The notes under the pieces were generated by a model. It ran no database searches and was not told the DNA's origin. It was given only the letters and a program-made list of their open reading frames with translations. The position numbers were made by a program, and so were the translations under genes. A DNA stretch of 64,000 nucleotides from Minisyncoccota bacterium (GTDB lineage Bacteria; Patescibacteriota; Microgenomatia; PFEM01; JAFGMK01). This document shows positions 55,621 through 64,000 of this stretch, piece by piece (position 1 is the first letter of the stretch; the number at the start of each line of letters is the position of its first letter). The stretch covers positions 1,149-65,148 of the forward strand of contig JAFGMK010000015.1 of NCBI GenBank assembly GCA_016927565.1. The letters are read 5' to 3'.

Positions 55621-57156
55621 TCATTCTTTATTCAAAATTGCCAAAAAATCATTTCCCCAAAGGATATTGAGAGGGAAATAATTGCTGATTGGATAAAGAT
55701 AAATCAGGCGGTTGTATAACTTATCTTTCCAACTAAGTTCTGGTTTGATTACCGTCAGGTTAGTAGTTTTAATCTTGCCCTTAAAGCCATTTTTTTTAAA
55801 CAGCTTTCTCAAGTAGAAGTAGGTCGGCTCGTTGACATGAACTTTTTTCTGGTGCTCGGTTCTCAAGTCATGCCATCGAGGCAAGTTAGGATATTTTTTG
55901 CCTGTTAACCAATTAGAAAATGAGATTAGGAAAGTGCTGATTGGATAGCACCAAAATCGATAAATTAAGTCGTTAAACCACCGATTAGGAGCGGTATGGA
56001 CAATCAGAACGCCGTTAGATTTAAGAATTCTTTTAATTTTTTTCAAAATTATTTCCTGTTCCCAAAGATAGAGATGTTCCAGAATCTCAACTAAAACCAC
56101 CACATCGAAACTGTTTTTTCTAAAACTTAGTTTTTTTGCATCCATCAATTTAAAGCCGGCTCTTTTTCTTACCCCGGGAGGCTGTTTTTCGAAGGCTTCT
56201 TGGGCTAAGTTAATTGCCTCTTTTGAGTAGTCAATTCCGATGGCATTTAAGCCTTTTTTGGCTGCCCAAAAAACTAACTCGCCTCGGCCACAACCAATAT
56301 CAAGGAGCCTGAATCCTCTTTCCAGAGGAATTTCACCTGCAATCCGTTTTAAGCGGGGTTCAAGTATTTGCCCCTGGCTTTTTTTAAATTCTTTATAGCC
56401 GGAACAGGATTTTAAGAAATACTGTCGAGTATAGAGTGCCGGGTCAACTCTTTCAGAAGGTAAGTTTTTTTTCTTCTGAATGTAAAAGATTGTTCGAATG
56501 GTGGATCCCAGGTCGAAAATCGGCAGAATCGGGTTAAGACAGAAAAGCCAAAACCGCCGATAGCGGAGAAGGTGATAAAGCCGGGGAATTTTAAAATAAA
56601 TTTTTTGAAAAAGAAGCCAAAAAGTTAAATTGGCATTTTTCCCGGTGGTTATTTTGGCTCGAGGATCAGCCTGCCGGATTAAATTTAAAATAGTTTCTTT
56701 TTCCGGATGACCCAATTTGAGGTGTTCTTCGAGATAGCCGTGTTTTTGACAGGACTGACGGTGACAAAGAAACTGATGAAATTTTCTATGAGCCTCGAGA
56801 GATTGGTGGCCGGTGGGAACAGCCAAAATTACCGTTTTCCTGGCAACGCGGAGCATTTCTTTAATTGCTTCAGCTTGCTTTTTTTGACTGGTCAGATGTT
56901 CGAGAGTGTCAACAGAGACAACTAATTCAGCGCTTTTGTCCGGTAGTGGCAGTTTTTCGGCGCTGGTTTTGATTAGTTCGGTGTTGGGCAGGGGTTTTTT
57001 GACAAAATTCAGGTCGCAGTCAATAATCCGGTAGTCAGGCAAATACCATCCCAAGCCTTCGCCAGTACCGCCAATCTCGACAATTTTTTTGCTTTCAAGC
57101 TTATTTTTTTTGATTGCCCGAACAATCGGCGCGTATCTTTGAATGATATCCAGCAT
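55621..57156 (-). CDS. Tandem two-domain class I SAM-dependent methyltransferase
   Basis: Two Rossmann methyltransferase motif-I regions (IVEIGGTGEGLG... and LLDIGCGRGELV...), each followed by a motif-III/post-I acidic region (SVDTLEHL / VLVEILEHL). Confidence 0.7.
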   Translation of the reverse strand: MLDIIQRYAPIVRAIKKNKLESKKIVEIGGTGEGLGWYLPDYRIIDCDLNFVKKPLPNTELIKTSAEKLPLPDKSAELVVSVDTLEHLTSQKKQAEAIKEMLRVARKTVILAVPTGHQSLEAHRKFHQFLCHRQSCQKHGYLEEHLKLGHPEKETILNLIRQADPRAKITTGKNANLTFWLLFQKIYFKIPRLYHLLRYRRFWLFCLNPILPIFDLGSTIRTIFYIQKKKNLPSERVDPALYTRQYFLKSCSGYKEFKKSQGQILEPRLKRIAGEIPLERGFRLLDIGCGRGELVFWAAKKGLNAIGIDYSKEAINLAQEAFEKQPPGVRKRAGFKLMDAKKLSFRKNSFDVVVLVEILEHLYLWEQEIILKKIKRILKSNGVLIVHTAPNRWFNDLIYRFWCYPISTFLISFSNWLTGKKYPNLPRWHDLRTEHQKKVHVNEPTYFYLRKLFKKNGFKGKIKTTNLTVIKPELSWKDKLYNRLIYLYPISNYFPLNILWGNDFLAILNKE

Positions 57157-57219
57157 TAAGAGAATTTTAACATTTCTTGCCTATTGAATTTTTTCTGTTA
57201 TTCGTTTTATTATTAAAGT

Positions 57220-57636
57220 ATGGATCTGGCTGATTTTAAAAGCAAAGCGAGATTGGCTGACTCTTTTTTTGAAGAGCTTTCTGCCCGGCTTGATTTTAGA
57301 TCTTTGGTAGTGCTTTTGCTGGTGGCGCTGGTGGTTCCGATTTCGCTGATGGTGGCTTTGTGCCGGAATAATCTTTCCGTAGATGAAGCGATAATTAAGG
57401 CAAAACTTTTAACGACTTCGGGCAAACCCGCTCAGGCAACTAGGTTGTTGATGTCTTTAAGAAAGAAGAATTTGACCGAACAGTCTGAAAAAAAATTGAT
57501 TTTAGCGCTGATGGAGAATAACCGCCTTGATCAGGGACAGGTAGCAGGCGCTTCAGCTAAGCCGACGGTTACCCCCAAAGTCTCTGAAAGAGGAAGTGAT
57601 TTTACTTCTGATCTTGAAGCCTGGTTGACTGAATAA
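57220..57636 (+). CDS. Hypothetical protein with one TM helix
   Basis: ORF only. No motif recognised. Confidence 0.3.
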   Translation: MDLADFKSKARLADSFFEELSARLDFRSLVVLLLVALVVPISLMVALCRNNLSVDEAIIKAKLLTTSGKPAQATRLLMSLRKKNLTEQSEKKLILALMENNRLDQGQVAGASAKPTVTPKVSERGSDFTSDLEAWLTE

Positions 57637-57910
57637 GCATTGGCGGAATCATTTATCCGGCATAAGTTTCCTCTTCTTTTCCAAGCGGCAGTATTTTAAA
57701 ACCCAAATCCGGTTATTGAGGGGTTTGCCTCGGGATTGCGCCTCGCTCCGCCATTTTAAGCCTTGAAATATCTTGCCGATAAGGTTAAAATCCCGAATTA
57801 TACTAAGAGTCTGCTCCTCGGGTTCTGCTCTTGAAAAAGGATTGGTCTGTTTTGTGTGGGTCAAAAAAATCAGCCAGCCCTGCCAGCCCTAAAACAAAAA
57901 ATCCAAAAAC

Positions 57911-58708
57911 ATGGATATTAAAGTAAGAAAAGTTGTTATTTTTGCCGCCGGGAAGGGTACTCGTCTTTCACCGATTACTTCTTATATTCCCAAAGAAATG
58001 CTCCCGATTATTAACTTTCCGGTAATTCATTATGTTTTGGAAGAAAGTCTCGTGGATGGAATAGAGCAAGTCATCCTGGTTATTAAAAAGAATAAATCAT
58101 TAATTGCTGAATACGTCCGAGATTATCTGAACCGGAGAGAGGGAAAAAAGAAAGTTGGCTTGGAAATTGTTTATCAAAAAGATACCCATTACGGTACGGC
58201 GGCAGCCTTGATTGATGCCCGAAATCACTTAAAAAAAGAGCCTTTTTTAACAATGTTTGCCGACAGTTTTGCTCTCAAAAGAGATAATCGTCTCAAATTT
58301 TTGCTTCGAGTCTATCGGCAATATCGGGCTCCGGTTATAAGCCTGATCCCGGCAGGACCAAAAGAAGCCTGCACTTATGGAATGGTTGAGGCCGAAGAAG
58401 TAGAAAAGGACGTGGTATCAATTAAAAGACTCGTCGAGAAGCCGGGAAGGAATCTAAAACCGCCGGCGTATGCAGCGCCAAACGGCTATCTTTTAACTCC
58501 CGGCATTATTCCTTATCTTGACCGGTTAACGCCGGAAAAAAATGGCGAATTATCGCTTGTTGCGGCGATTACCGAGTATCTTGAAAAGAATAAAGTATAC
58601 GGGTCGGTTTTCAAAGGTCTTTTTTTTGAAGCGGGGAATCAGGTTGATTTTGTTGATTCCCAGACAAAAATGATTTTAGAGAGAAAAGATTTAAAAAGAG
58701 GGTATTAA
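57911..58708 (+). CDS. Sugar-1-phosphate nucleotidyltransferase, UTP--glucose-1-phosphate uridylyltransferase (GalU)-like
   Basis: KVVIFAAGKGTRLSPITSYIPKEMLPI N-terminal signature; the G-x-G-T-R-x-x-P and KEMLP motifs are typical of GalU. Confidence 0.7.
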   Translation: MDIKVRKVVIFAAGKGTRLSPITSYIPKEMLPIINFPVIHYVLEESLVDGIEQVILVIKKNKSLIAEYVRDYLNRREGKKKVGLEIVYQKDTHYGTAAALIDARNHLKKEPFLTMFADSFALKRDNRLKFLLRVYRQYRAPVISLIPAGPKEACTYGMVEAEEVEKDVVSIKRLVEKPGRNLKPPAYAAPNGYLLTPGIIPYLDRLTPEKNGELSLVAAITEYLEKNKVYGSVFKGLFFEAGNQVDFVDSQTKMILERKDLKRGY

Positions 58709-58850
58709 GTACGATTTCCGGCTATTCCGGGTAAGCTTCTGGTGGATTTTGAAACTTTACGACTGGATTTCTTCGGCAGAAAATCTTGGAGAAAGTAAAC
58801 TCTAAGTCCTATAGTATAGACTTTTATCTGTAGATATAATCTCATAAAGT

Positions 58851-59321
58851 ATGACCATTGAAGTACTGCTACCTAGAAAAAATTTAGATCCGTTTCGGAG
58901 AGAAAGTTTAAATGATCGTGAAGCTGGATTATTGAAAGCCCTACTTGCGGAATATGGAGTGACTTCAGAAACTCACTCCCGGGTTGTTGAGTTGTTTGCC
59001 GGAGATGCTCCTCATGCATTAATGATGGCAAATTTAGGCCGGGATGTGAGAAATATAGTTTGTGTGGATCGTTATTTGCCGGTTGAACCTCTTGTTGAGG
59101 GGGTGAAGTGGCGGCATCTTGATTTGTTTCAATTATCCGAAGCTTTGATTTTTGGCGAACCTTTACCCCAATCGGTGATAAATCTTCAATATAAAGGAGA
59201 CGTCGTTATTGCGATCAACGAATGGTGGAGAAATAGGGAAACGTTTGATAATGTCGTTGATTATTTTTGCAGGCCTGGTGGATTAGCTTATACACTTCGA
59301 GGTGTGAGAATCCGGGAATAG
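58851..59321 (+). CDS. Hypothetical protein
   Basis: ORF with somewhat atypical codon usage. No confident motif. Confidence 0.3.
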   Translation: MTIEVLLPRKNLDPFRRESLNDREAGLLKALLAEYGVTSETHSRVVELFAGDAPHALMMANLGRDVRNIVCVDRYLPVEPLVEGVKWRHLDLFQLSEALIFGEPLPQSVINLQYKGDVVIAINEWWRNRETFDNVVDYFCRPGGLAYTLRGVRIRE

Positions 59322-59642
59322 AACGAAAACTCTCAGTATTATCCTTGACTCTCCTTAGAATTCTAAGCCAGATACAAATTGGGGCTATCTTGGTGAGGTT
59401 TAGATGCCCGTCTTAGTGGTGGCCGATTAAATTTTTTTAGGATCCGATTGCCAATTAAAAGCCCGATTGATCTAAAAATAAGAGCCAGGGTAGCGGCAGT
59501 GGCAACCAAAAAAGTCTCTATCATGCAGGCGGCAATCATGAGGTTGCTTTTGCAATTCAAGCTGGCCCAGGAAATTCAAATAACATCAATTACCGGAGTC
59601 AAAAGCTAATAAAAGCGAGCAAGTGAGAGTCCCAAAAATTGG

Positions 59643-62276
59643 CTAATTCAGCAACTTTGGCAGAAAAAACATTAATTGGAAGTTATACATCCAAGCCATA
59701 TCTGACTGATTTTGCTCTAAAGCTTCTCTAGCTTTTTCAAGTAATTCATTTGAATACTCGAAATAAATTACTTTAATCAGAGGAATGGTTTGGCCTTTAT
59801 CTGTTTTGCGTTGTAAGTCTTTAGCCAGTTTTTGTAAAATTTTCTCTTGTGCCCAAATTTTTTTGTCGGTAATTTTAGGCTGTAATTTAACTTTAGCTTT
59901 GCTTACAATAACTTTCCAGGTATCAAATAGATCATTAATTATTCCTTCATACCCGGGAAAACTTTTCACTATTTCTTCCTGCTCTTGCTTTAGAAAACAA
60001 TGATTTAAAGCTATTAAAGAAGTTTGGACTAGGCTTTTGGCCTGGTTAAATTTTTGCTGTTTAAGGCTTTTTTCAAGCAGGTTTAAAAAAGGAATTATTT
60101 TGCAATTCTCTAGGTTTAATTCAAAAATTCGAGCTTTGGCGCTTTGGAAAGAGTTTAAGCCTTCAGGATCTTCTAGGGAAAAGTTAGGTTTAGCCGGGTC
60201 AAGCAAAAAAGAATCTACTTTAAGTTGATGGGTGGGAAACTGGTACTCGCGGATCTCAACATTTTCATCGGTATCAAGCCGGCCGAGCAGCAGGCGATAG
60301 TAACCCTGACCAGTACCGGTGATCCTAATTTGATATGTCTCATCTAGGGGATTAGGAATTAAAACAAAGTTTGCCTCACTATCATAAAAAGCATTAGAAA
60401 TTTCCGGTCCGGTGGTCTGATGGCCGATTTGATTCCCATGAATATCGGTGATAAGAATTTTGGCCGGCGATCGGATTAGAAAAATCAAAGCATTCTTAAG
60501 TTTCTCGAGTGGTGACAGGGTCGGGTTGGGAGAAAGATCAAGTAATCCGAAGAGTTGTTGGATTGCCTCTGGTTCTTTAACTAAGTCGTTGTGTTCCAGG
60601 GCAAAGTCATAAGCCTGAACTCCATTAAAAGTGGCGCTTTTAACCAGAACTGTTTCATCTCCCTGATTGGAATAAATCTTTGCGGATGAATAATCTTTGG
60701 CCCTATCATTATATTCACAGGTTGTTCCCGGGCAGAAATGGATAGGCTCGCCATCTTCCCAGAGGCCGAGGGCATAGTGAGCCCAGTTGGCATGGGGAGT
60801 TGTAATCGAGCTGACTTTAATTGATTCAAGGGTAGGAAAGCCGTAGCCGTAAAAAAGGCTGGTTTTGTTTTTGAGGTCTTGAGAAAAAGTTTGATTTAGT
60901 TGGCTTAAAGTTTGATTCTGATGAATATGATCAGCAACGTCTTTGAAGAGGCCGCTTTTACTATCAATCAGGAAATCGTGAGTAGGGAGAAGGTCGGCAA
61001 CTGAAGGAAAAGCCCGCCGGATGGTGTCTTTGGGATGTTCTCCTGGCTTCTTATTGGTAAACAAAAGTGTTTCTAAAAATAATTTGTATAGATTTTTAAC
61101 TTCCCAGATTTGACCGCCCTCCCAAGCGGCATAGGCGTGTACTGCTCCTTGATGGGGACTACCCAAAGTAATTAGTTTTTCGGTTTTATCTGGGTTAGCC
61201 TGAGCAAAAACTCGGCTAATCATTCCTCCCATGGAGTGGCCTACGAGATCCACTTTTTCTGTTGGATCTGTTTTGGCTTCGACAAACTCTTTAAGTTTGG
61301 CGGCGTTATCGGAGAATGGTTTGCGCCAATCATAACAAAAGAGATGCCAATCCTGATCTTTTTCAAGTCCGGCTTGATAGAAAGCATTAATTAGATTGTG
61401 GTAAAAAAAGAATCTGGCAGGTGAAAATAAATGCCAATTTTCTCCATTTTCCCCGCTAATCAATCCTTTATTCCAGCACGCTGTCATTCCAGGAAGAAAG
61501 ATGAGGGGAGTATATTCCATGTCATATATGAGAATAGAATCGACAGTTAGGCTGGTCCAGAGATCCCCAATTCCTTGGGTTGAGTTATTGCCAAACCATA
61601 TTGTATCGGGCCGCATGAGTGTTTCGGGTGAAACATATTTGAGCTCGTCATCAATAAAGATACTATATTTGTTATCTTTGTATTTAAGTTCTACAAAATG
61701 AAAGTCTAAATCAATTCCATTTGATTGGAATTTTATAATTTCACTTAAGGAGCAGTTTGGGGTATTATAGCAAGTTCCTGTATAAGATAAAATTAATCCA
61801 TAAACATTGTCTTGCCAAATTTGGAAAAACTTATATTGCGAATAAAGTGGATTGTTAATTGGCGTGTCGGTGGTTGTGTGGTATGGTGGTAGCTTTGTTC
61901 CGATTGCAAAGCCGACTCCTTTAGATTCCACTCGATTATATTTGAAGCCTACTTTAAGAGTAAAATCGCCCTGATTTGGAAATGGTCTAGGAATGTCATC
62001 TCTATAGGCAACGAAGGGGAAGGTTGAAGTTTTCTCTGCAGCGAGGAGGATTTTTCCAGCTTCTAAGGTTATTTGTCCTTCTTTTTCATAAGCCTGCCAA
62101 GTATCAGAATTCAGAGTGTTGAAATCCTCTTTAAAAAATATATTTTTAGCAAAAGCAGAGCCTCTAATATTAAGAAGTAAGGAAAACCAGAAAAGTAAAA
62201 ACAAAATACCTTTTGCATGTTTAGATCTCTTTGTTTTAAAATTAGCAAGAAAAGACACCTTGTAGAAATTAGACAT
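59643..62276 (-). CDS. Large secreted multi-domain protein: signal peptide, ConA-like lectin/glucanase-like N-domain and LCAT/PGAP1-like alpha/beta-hydrolase (lipase/acyltransferase) domain
   Basis: Signal peptide (LFLLFWFSLLLNIRGSAFA). YDWR motif followed by nucleophile elbow GHSMGG (CYDWRKPF...VDLVGHSMGGMISR), as in LCAT/PDAT/PGAP1-type lipases. AT-rich codon usage unlike the core genes. Confidence 0.6.
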   Translation of the reverse strand: MSNFYKVSFLANFKTKRSKHAKGILFLLFWFSLLLNIRGSAFAKNIFFKEDFNTLNSDTWQAYEKEGQITLEAGKILLAAEKTSTFPFVAYRDDIPRPFPNQGDFTLKVGFKYNRVESKGVGFAIGTKLPPYHTTTDTPINNPLYSQYKFFQIWQDNVYGLILSYTGTCYNTPNCSLSEIIKFQSNGIDLDFHFVELKYKDNKYSIFIDDELKYVSPETLMRPDTIWFGNNSTQGIGDLWTSLTVDSILIYDMEYTPLIFLPGMTACWNKGLISGENGENWHLFSPARFFFYHNLINAFYQAGLEKDQDWHLFCYDWRKPFSDNAAKLKEFVEAKTDPTEKVDLVGHSMGGMISRVFAQANPDKTEKLITLGSPHQGAVHAYAAWEGGQIWEVKNLYKLFLETLLFTNKKPGEHPKDTIRRAFPSVADLLPTHDFLIDSKSGLFKDVADHIHQNQTLSQLNQTFSQDLKNKTSLFYGYGFPTLESIKVSSITTPHANWAHYALGLWEDGEPIHFCPGTTCEYNDRAKDYSSAKIYSNQGDETVLVKSATFNGVQAYDFALEHNDLVKEPEAIQQLFGLLDLSPNPTLSPLEKLKNALIFLIRSPAKILITDIHGNQIGHQTTGPEISNAFYDSEANFVLIPNPLDETYQIRITGTGQGYYRLLLGRLDTDENVEIREYQFPTHQLKVDSFLLDPAKPNFSLEDPEGLNSFQSAKARIFELNLENCKIIPFLNLLEKSLKQQKFNQAKSLVQTSLIALNHCFLKQEQEEIVKSFPGYEGIINDLFDTWKVIVSKAKVKLQPKITDKKIWAQEKILQKLAKDLQRKTDKGQTIPLIKVIYFEYSNELLEKAREALEQNQSDMAWMYNFQLMFFLPKLLN

Positions 62277-62348
62277 TATAATTTTTTCTTTGTCAAGGTC
62301 TTTGAATGCTTTTAAGAAAGCAACTAAAAAAAGAGACCTAGTTTAAAT

Positions 62349-63158
62349 TTGAAAAAATCAAGCAATAAGGAATTAGATAACATAGTGCGGCTTTTTTCGG
62401 ATAAATTGTGGTATAGTCCATCAGATATTTTTATAAGGGCAGCAGAAGCCTTAATTTGGAATCATCAGAAATTTACTCCTCCGGTTTTGGAAATTGGCTG
62501 TGGAAATGGCAGAATCAGTAGCCTTCTTTTTATGAATAAAACAAAGGTTGATGTTGGCGTTGATATTGATGCGCATGAAATAGAGAATGCTAAAAAAATA
62601 AAACTATATAGCAGATTGGCCGTTGCAGATGCGGCCGAGCTTCCCTTTCAAGATAGGAAATTTAATACCGTTGTAGCCAATAGTACTTTTGAACATATAA
62701 GAAAAGACATTTCTTCGGTGTGCGAGGTCTTTCGTATTTTAAAGGAGGGTGGTTCTTTTATGTTTACTGTTCCCACCAGAAGGTTTGAGAGCGCTCTTTT
62801 GTCTACAATAATAAATAAAAATAATTTACAAAAAATTAATGATAGACTTAAGCATTTTCATTATAGAGAAGTTGATGAATGGATCGCAATACTGAAGAAT
62901 AATGGTTTTAGCATGACTAGTTATCAAGAATATATGTCGGATAACGCTGTTAAAGATTGGTATAAGCTTTTTAGGCTTAGCACTTTCAAAGTGAGAGGTC
63001 GCGAATTGTGGTCTTATTTAGAAAATTTTTCTCATAAAAAAATAATTCCGAAGAAAATTTTTTCCATTTTGGTTTCAAGTTTTTTGCTAAAACTTTACCA
63101 TGAAATGTTTGTGCCGGGCGGCACTTGGTTATTTATTGCTGCTCGAAAATTAAAATGA
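62349..63158 (+). CDS. Class I SAM-dependent methyltransferase
   Basis: Motif I VLEIGCGNGRIS and motif post-II/III ...TVVANSTFEHI. Confidence 0.7.
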   Translation: MKKSSNKELDNIVRLFSDKLWYSPSDIFIRAAEALIWNHQKFTPPVLEIGCGNGRISSLLFMNKTKVDVGVDIDAHEIENAKKIKLYSRLAVADAAELPFQDRKFNTVVANSTFEHIRKDISSVCEVFRILKEGGSFMFTVPTRRFESALLSTIINKNNLQKINDRLKHFHYREVDEWIAILKNNGFSMTSYQEYMSDNAVKDWYKLFRLSTFKVRGRELWSYLENFSHKKIIPKKIFSILVSSFLLKLYHEMFVPGGTWLFIAARKLK

Positions 63159-63240
63159 TGCGACGAAAAACATGTAGCACGTTTCTGGGATAATCAGAGT
63201 CAATTAAAAGTTGTCCCGGATAGGGGGGGTGCCATGAATT

Positions 63241-64000
63241 ACGTCGGCATCGATTTGCATAAAAGGTTTTCGCAGCTTACGGTTTTTAATGAAGCAGGAG
63301 AAATTTTGGATAGAGAAAAAGTTGATAACTAAAAAGCAGCGATAGTTTCGCGCCTTAACAATTTTGATCAACCCGGTAAAGCAGTTATTGAAGATACTTT
63401 TGCCTGGGACTGGTTGGCAGACTTGCTGGCTGATAATAGAATAGAGGTAATGTTAGCTCATCCCCAAAAAGTCAAGATAATTGCCCCGGCCCAAATTAAG
63501 ACAAACAAGAATGGCTCTGAAATCTTGACTAAGCTTTCAAAAGCCGATCTGATTCCTGAGGCTTGCTATTCGCCTAAGGAAGAAAGAGAGGCTAAAGAGG
63601 TAAGATGTCGGGCTTCTCTGGTTGGGCTTAAAGACTCAGATCAGGAATCGAATCCATTCCCTTTTCTGCAAGACTAACAGTCAGGAAGCGGAGGGGGTAT
63701 GGCGATCTGTTCGGCAAAAAAGGCCGGCTCTTTTTAAAAGGACTTGATTTAGGAGAGAAGTTTAACTTTGCTCTTAAGCGGTATTTGGCAATACTGGAGT
63801 TTCCAGAAGTCCAAGTCAAGGAAGCTGATCAAGAGCTAAAGGGGATCTCTAAAGAGGATAAGCAAACCAAACTGCCCGAGCAGTTGCATTGCGGCGCTCT
63901 AATCCTTATCCTGGCAGGCTTTTTATCAGAAGATAAACAGCAAGAAGGGTCATGGCAAAGCCAGGGTGGCTGCGGCCGGAAAGATGCTTAGTCAGATTTG
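63241..64000 (+). mobile_element. IS110-family transposase gene, frameshifted/degenerate (pseudogene), continues past window end
   Basis: MNYVGIDLHKRFSQLTVFNEAGEIL matches the IS110 (DEDD) N-terminal VGIDVxK motif and then hits a stop. VMLAHPQKVKIIAPAQIKTNKNGSEILTKL...LIPEACYSPKEEREAKEV and following segments continue the IS110 consensus in two other frames. Confidence 0.6.

Noticed and set aside
1-64000. CRISPR arrays, Cas genes, reverse transcriptase / DGR or retron modules
   Set aside because: No short regularly spaced direct repeats, no YxDD-containing ORF and no Cas-like ORF were found. The only regular repeats are the tRNA-derived att copies and the mraZ boxes.

Overview
Compact, almost entirely co-directional (+ strand) bacterial chromosome segment. 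Gene content and architecture (stacked GT-C/GT2/GT4 glycosyltransferases, a DUF4012-like protein, single-chain GlyRS, a long gapless dcw operon) suggest a small-genome Patescibacteria/CPR-like or related Gram-positive-type lineage; this is inference, not a database result. Layout by region follows.
- 1-21.6 kb: one large surface-glycan / glycosylation supercluster. It holds a Wzx-like flippase, three GT2, five GT4, four to five GT-C (GT39/ArnT-like) membrane transferases, an LbH acetyltransferase, an O-antigen-ligase-like protein, GDP-mannose pyrophosphorylase, an initiating polyprenyl-P sugar phosphotransferase and a DUF4012-like protein.
- 21.6-25.9 kb: recO, glyQS, then a small accessory patch with a membrane-anchored hypothetical, a 437-nt non-coding gap and a JAMM/MPN+ motif protein.
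- 25.9-47.5 kb: a non-canonical dcw division/cell-wall cluster in the order mraZ-rsmH-ftsL-ftsI-murE-murC-[pseudogene]-murA-[a/b hydrolase]-murF-[DegT aminotransferase]-[FemAB]-dgkA-mraY-murD-ftsW-murG-ftsQ-ftsA-ftsZ. There is an MraZ-box-like triple repeat upstream of mraZ.
- 47.5-54.2 kb: housekeeping genes ileS, rodA, rplU, rpmA, an orphan parB, and lepB on the minus strand.
- 54.2-64 kb: tRNA-Val(CAC) followed by two extra direct copies of the tRNA 3' end (integration scars) bracketing a foreign-codon-usage ORF. Beyond that lies an accessory island with three SAM methyltransferases, a GalU-like nucleotidyltransferase, a large AT-rich secreted lectin-LCAT/PGAP1-like lipase fusion and a frameshifted IS110-family transposase running off the window end.
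I found no CRISPR array, reverse transcriptase, Cas or obvious toxin-antitoxin pair. The most unusual material is the tRNA-associated integrase-less mini-island and the downstream accessory region, plus the JAMM protein and the remodelled dcw cluster (membrane-anchored MurF, FemAB/DegT/hydrolase insertions).
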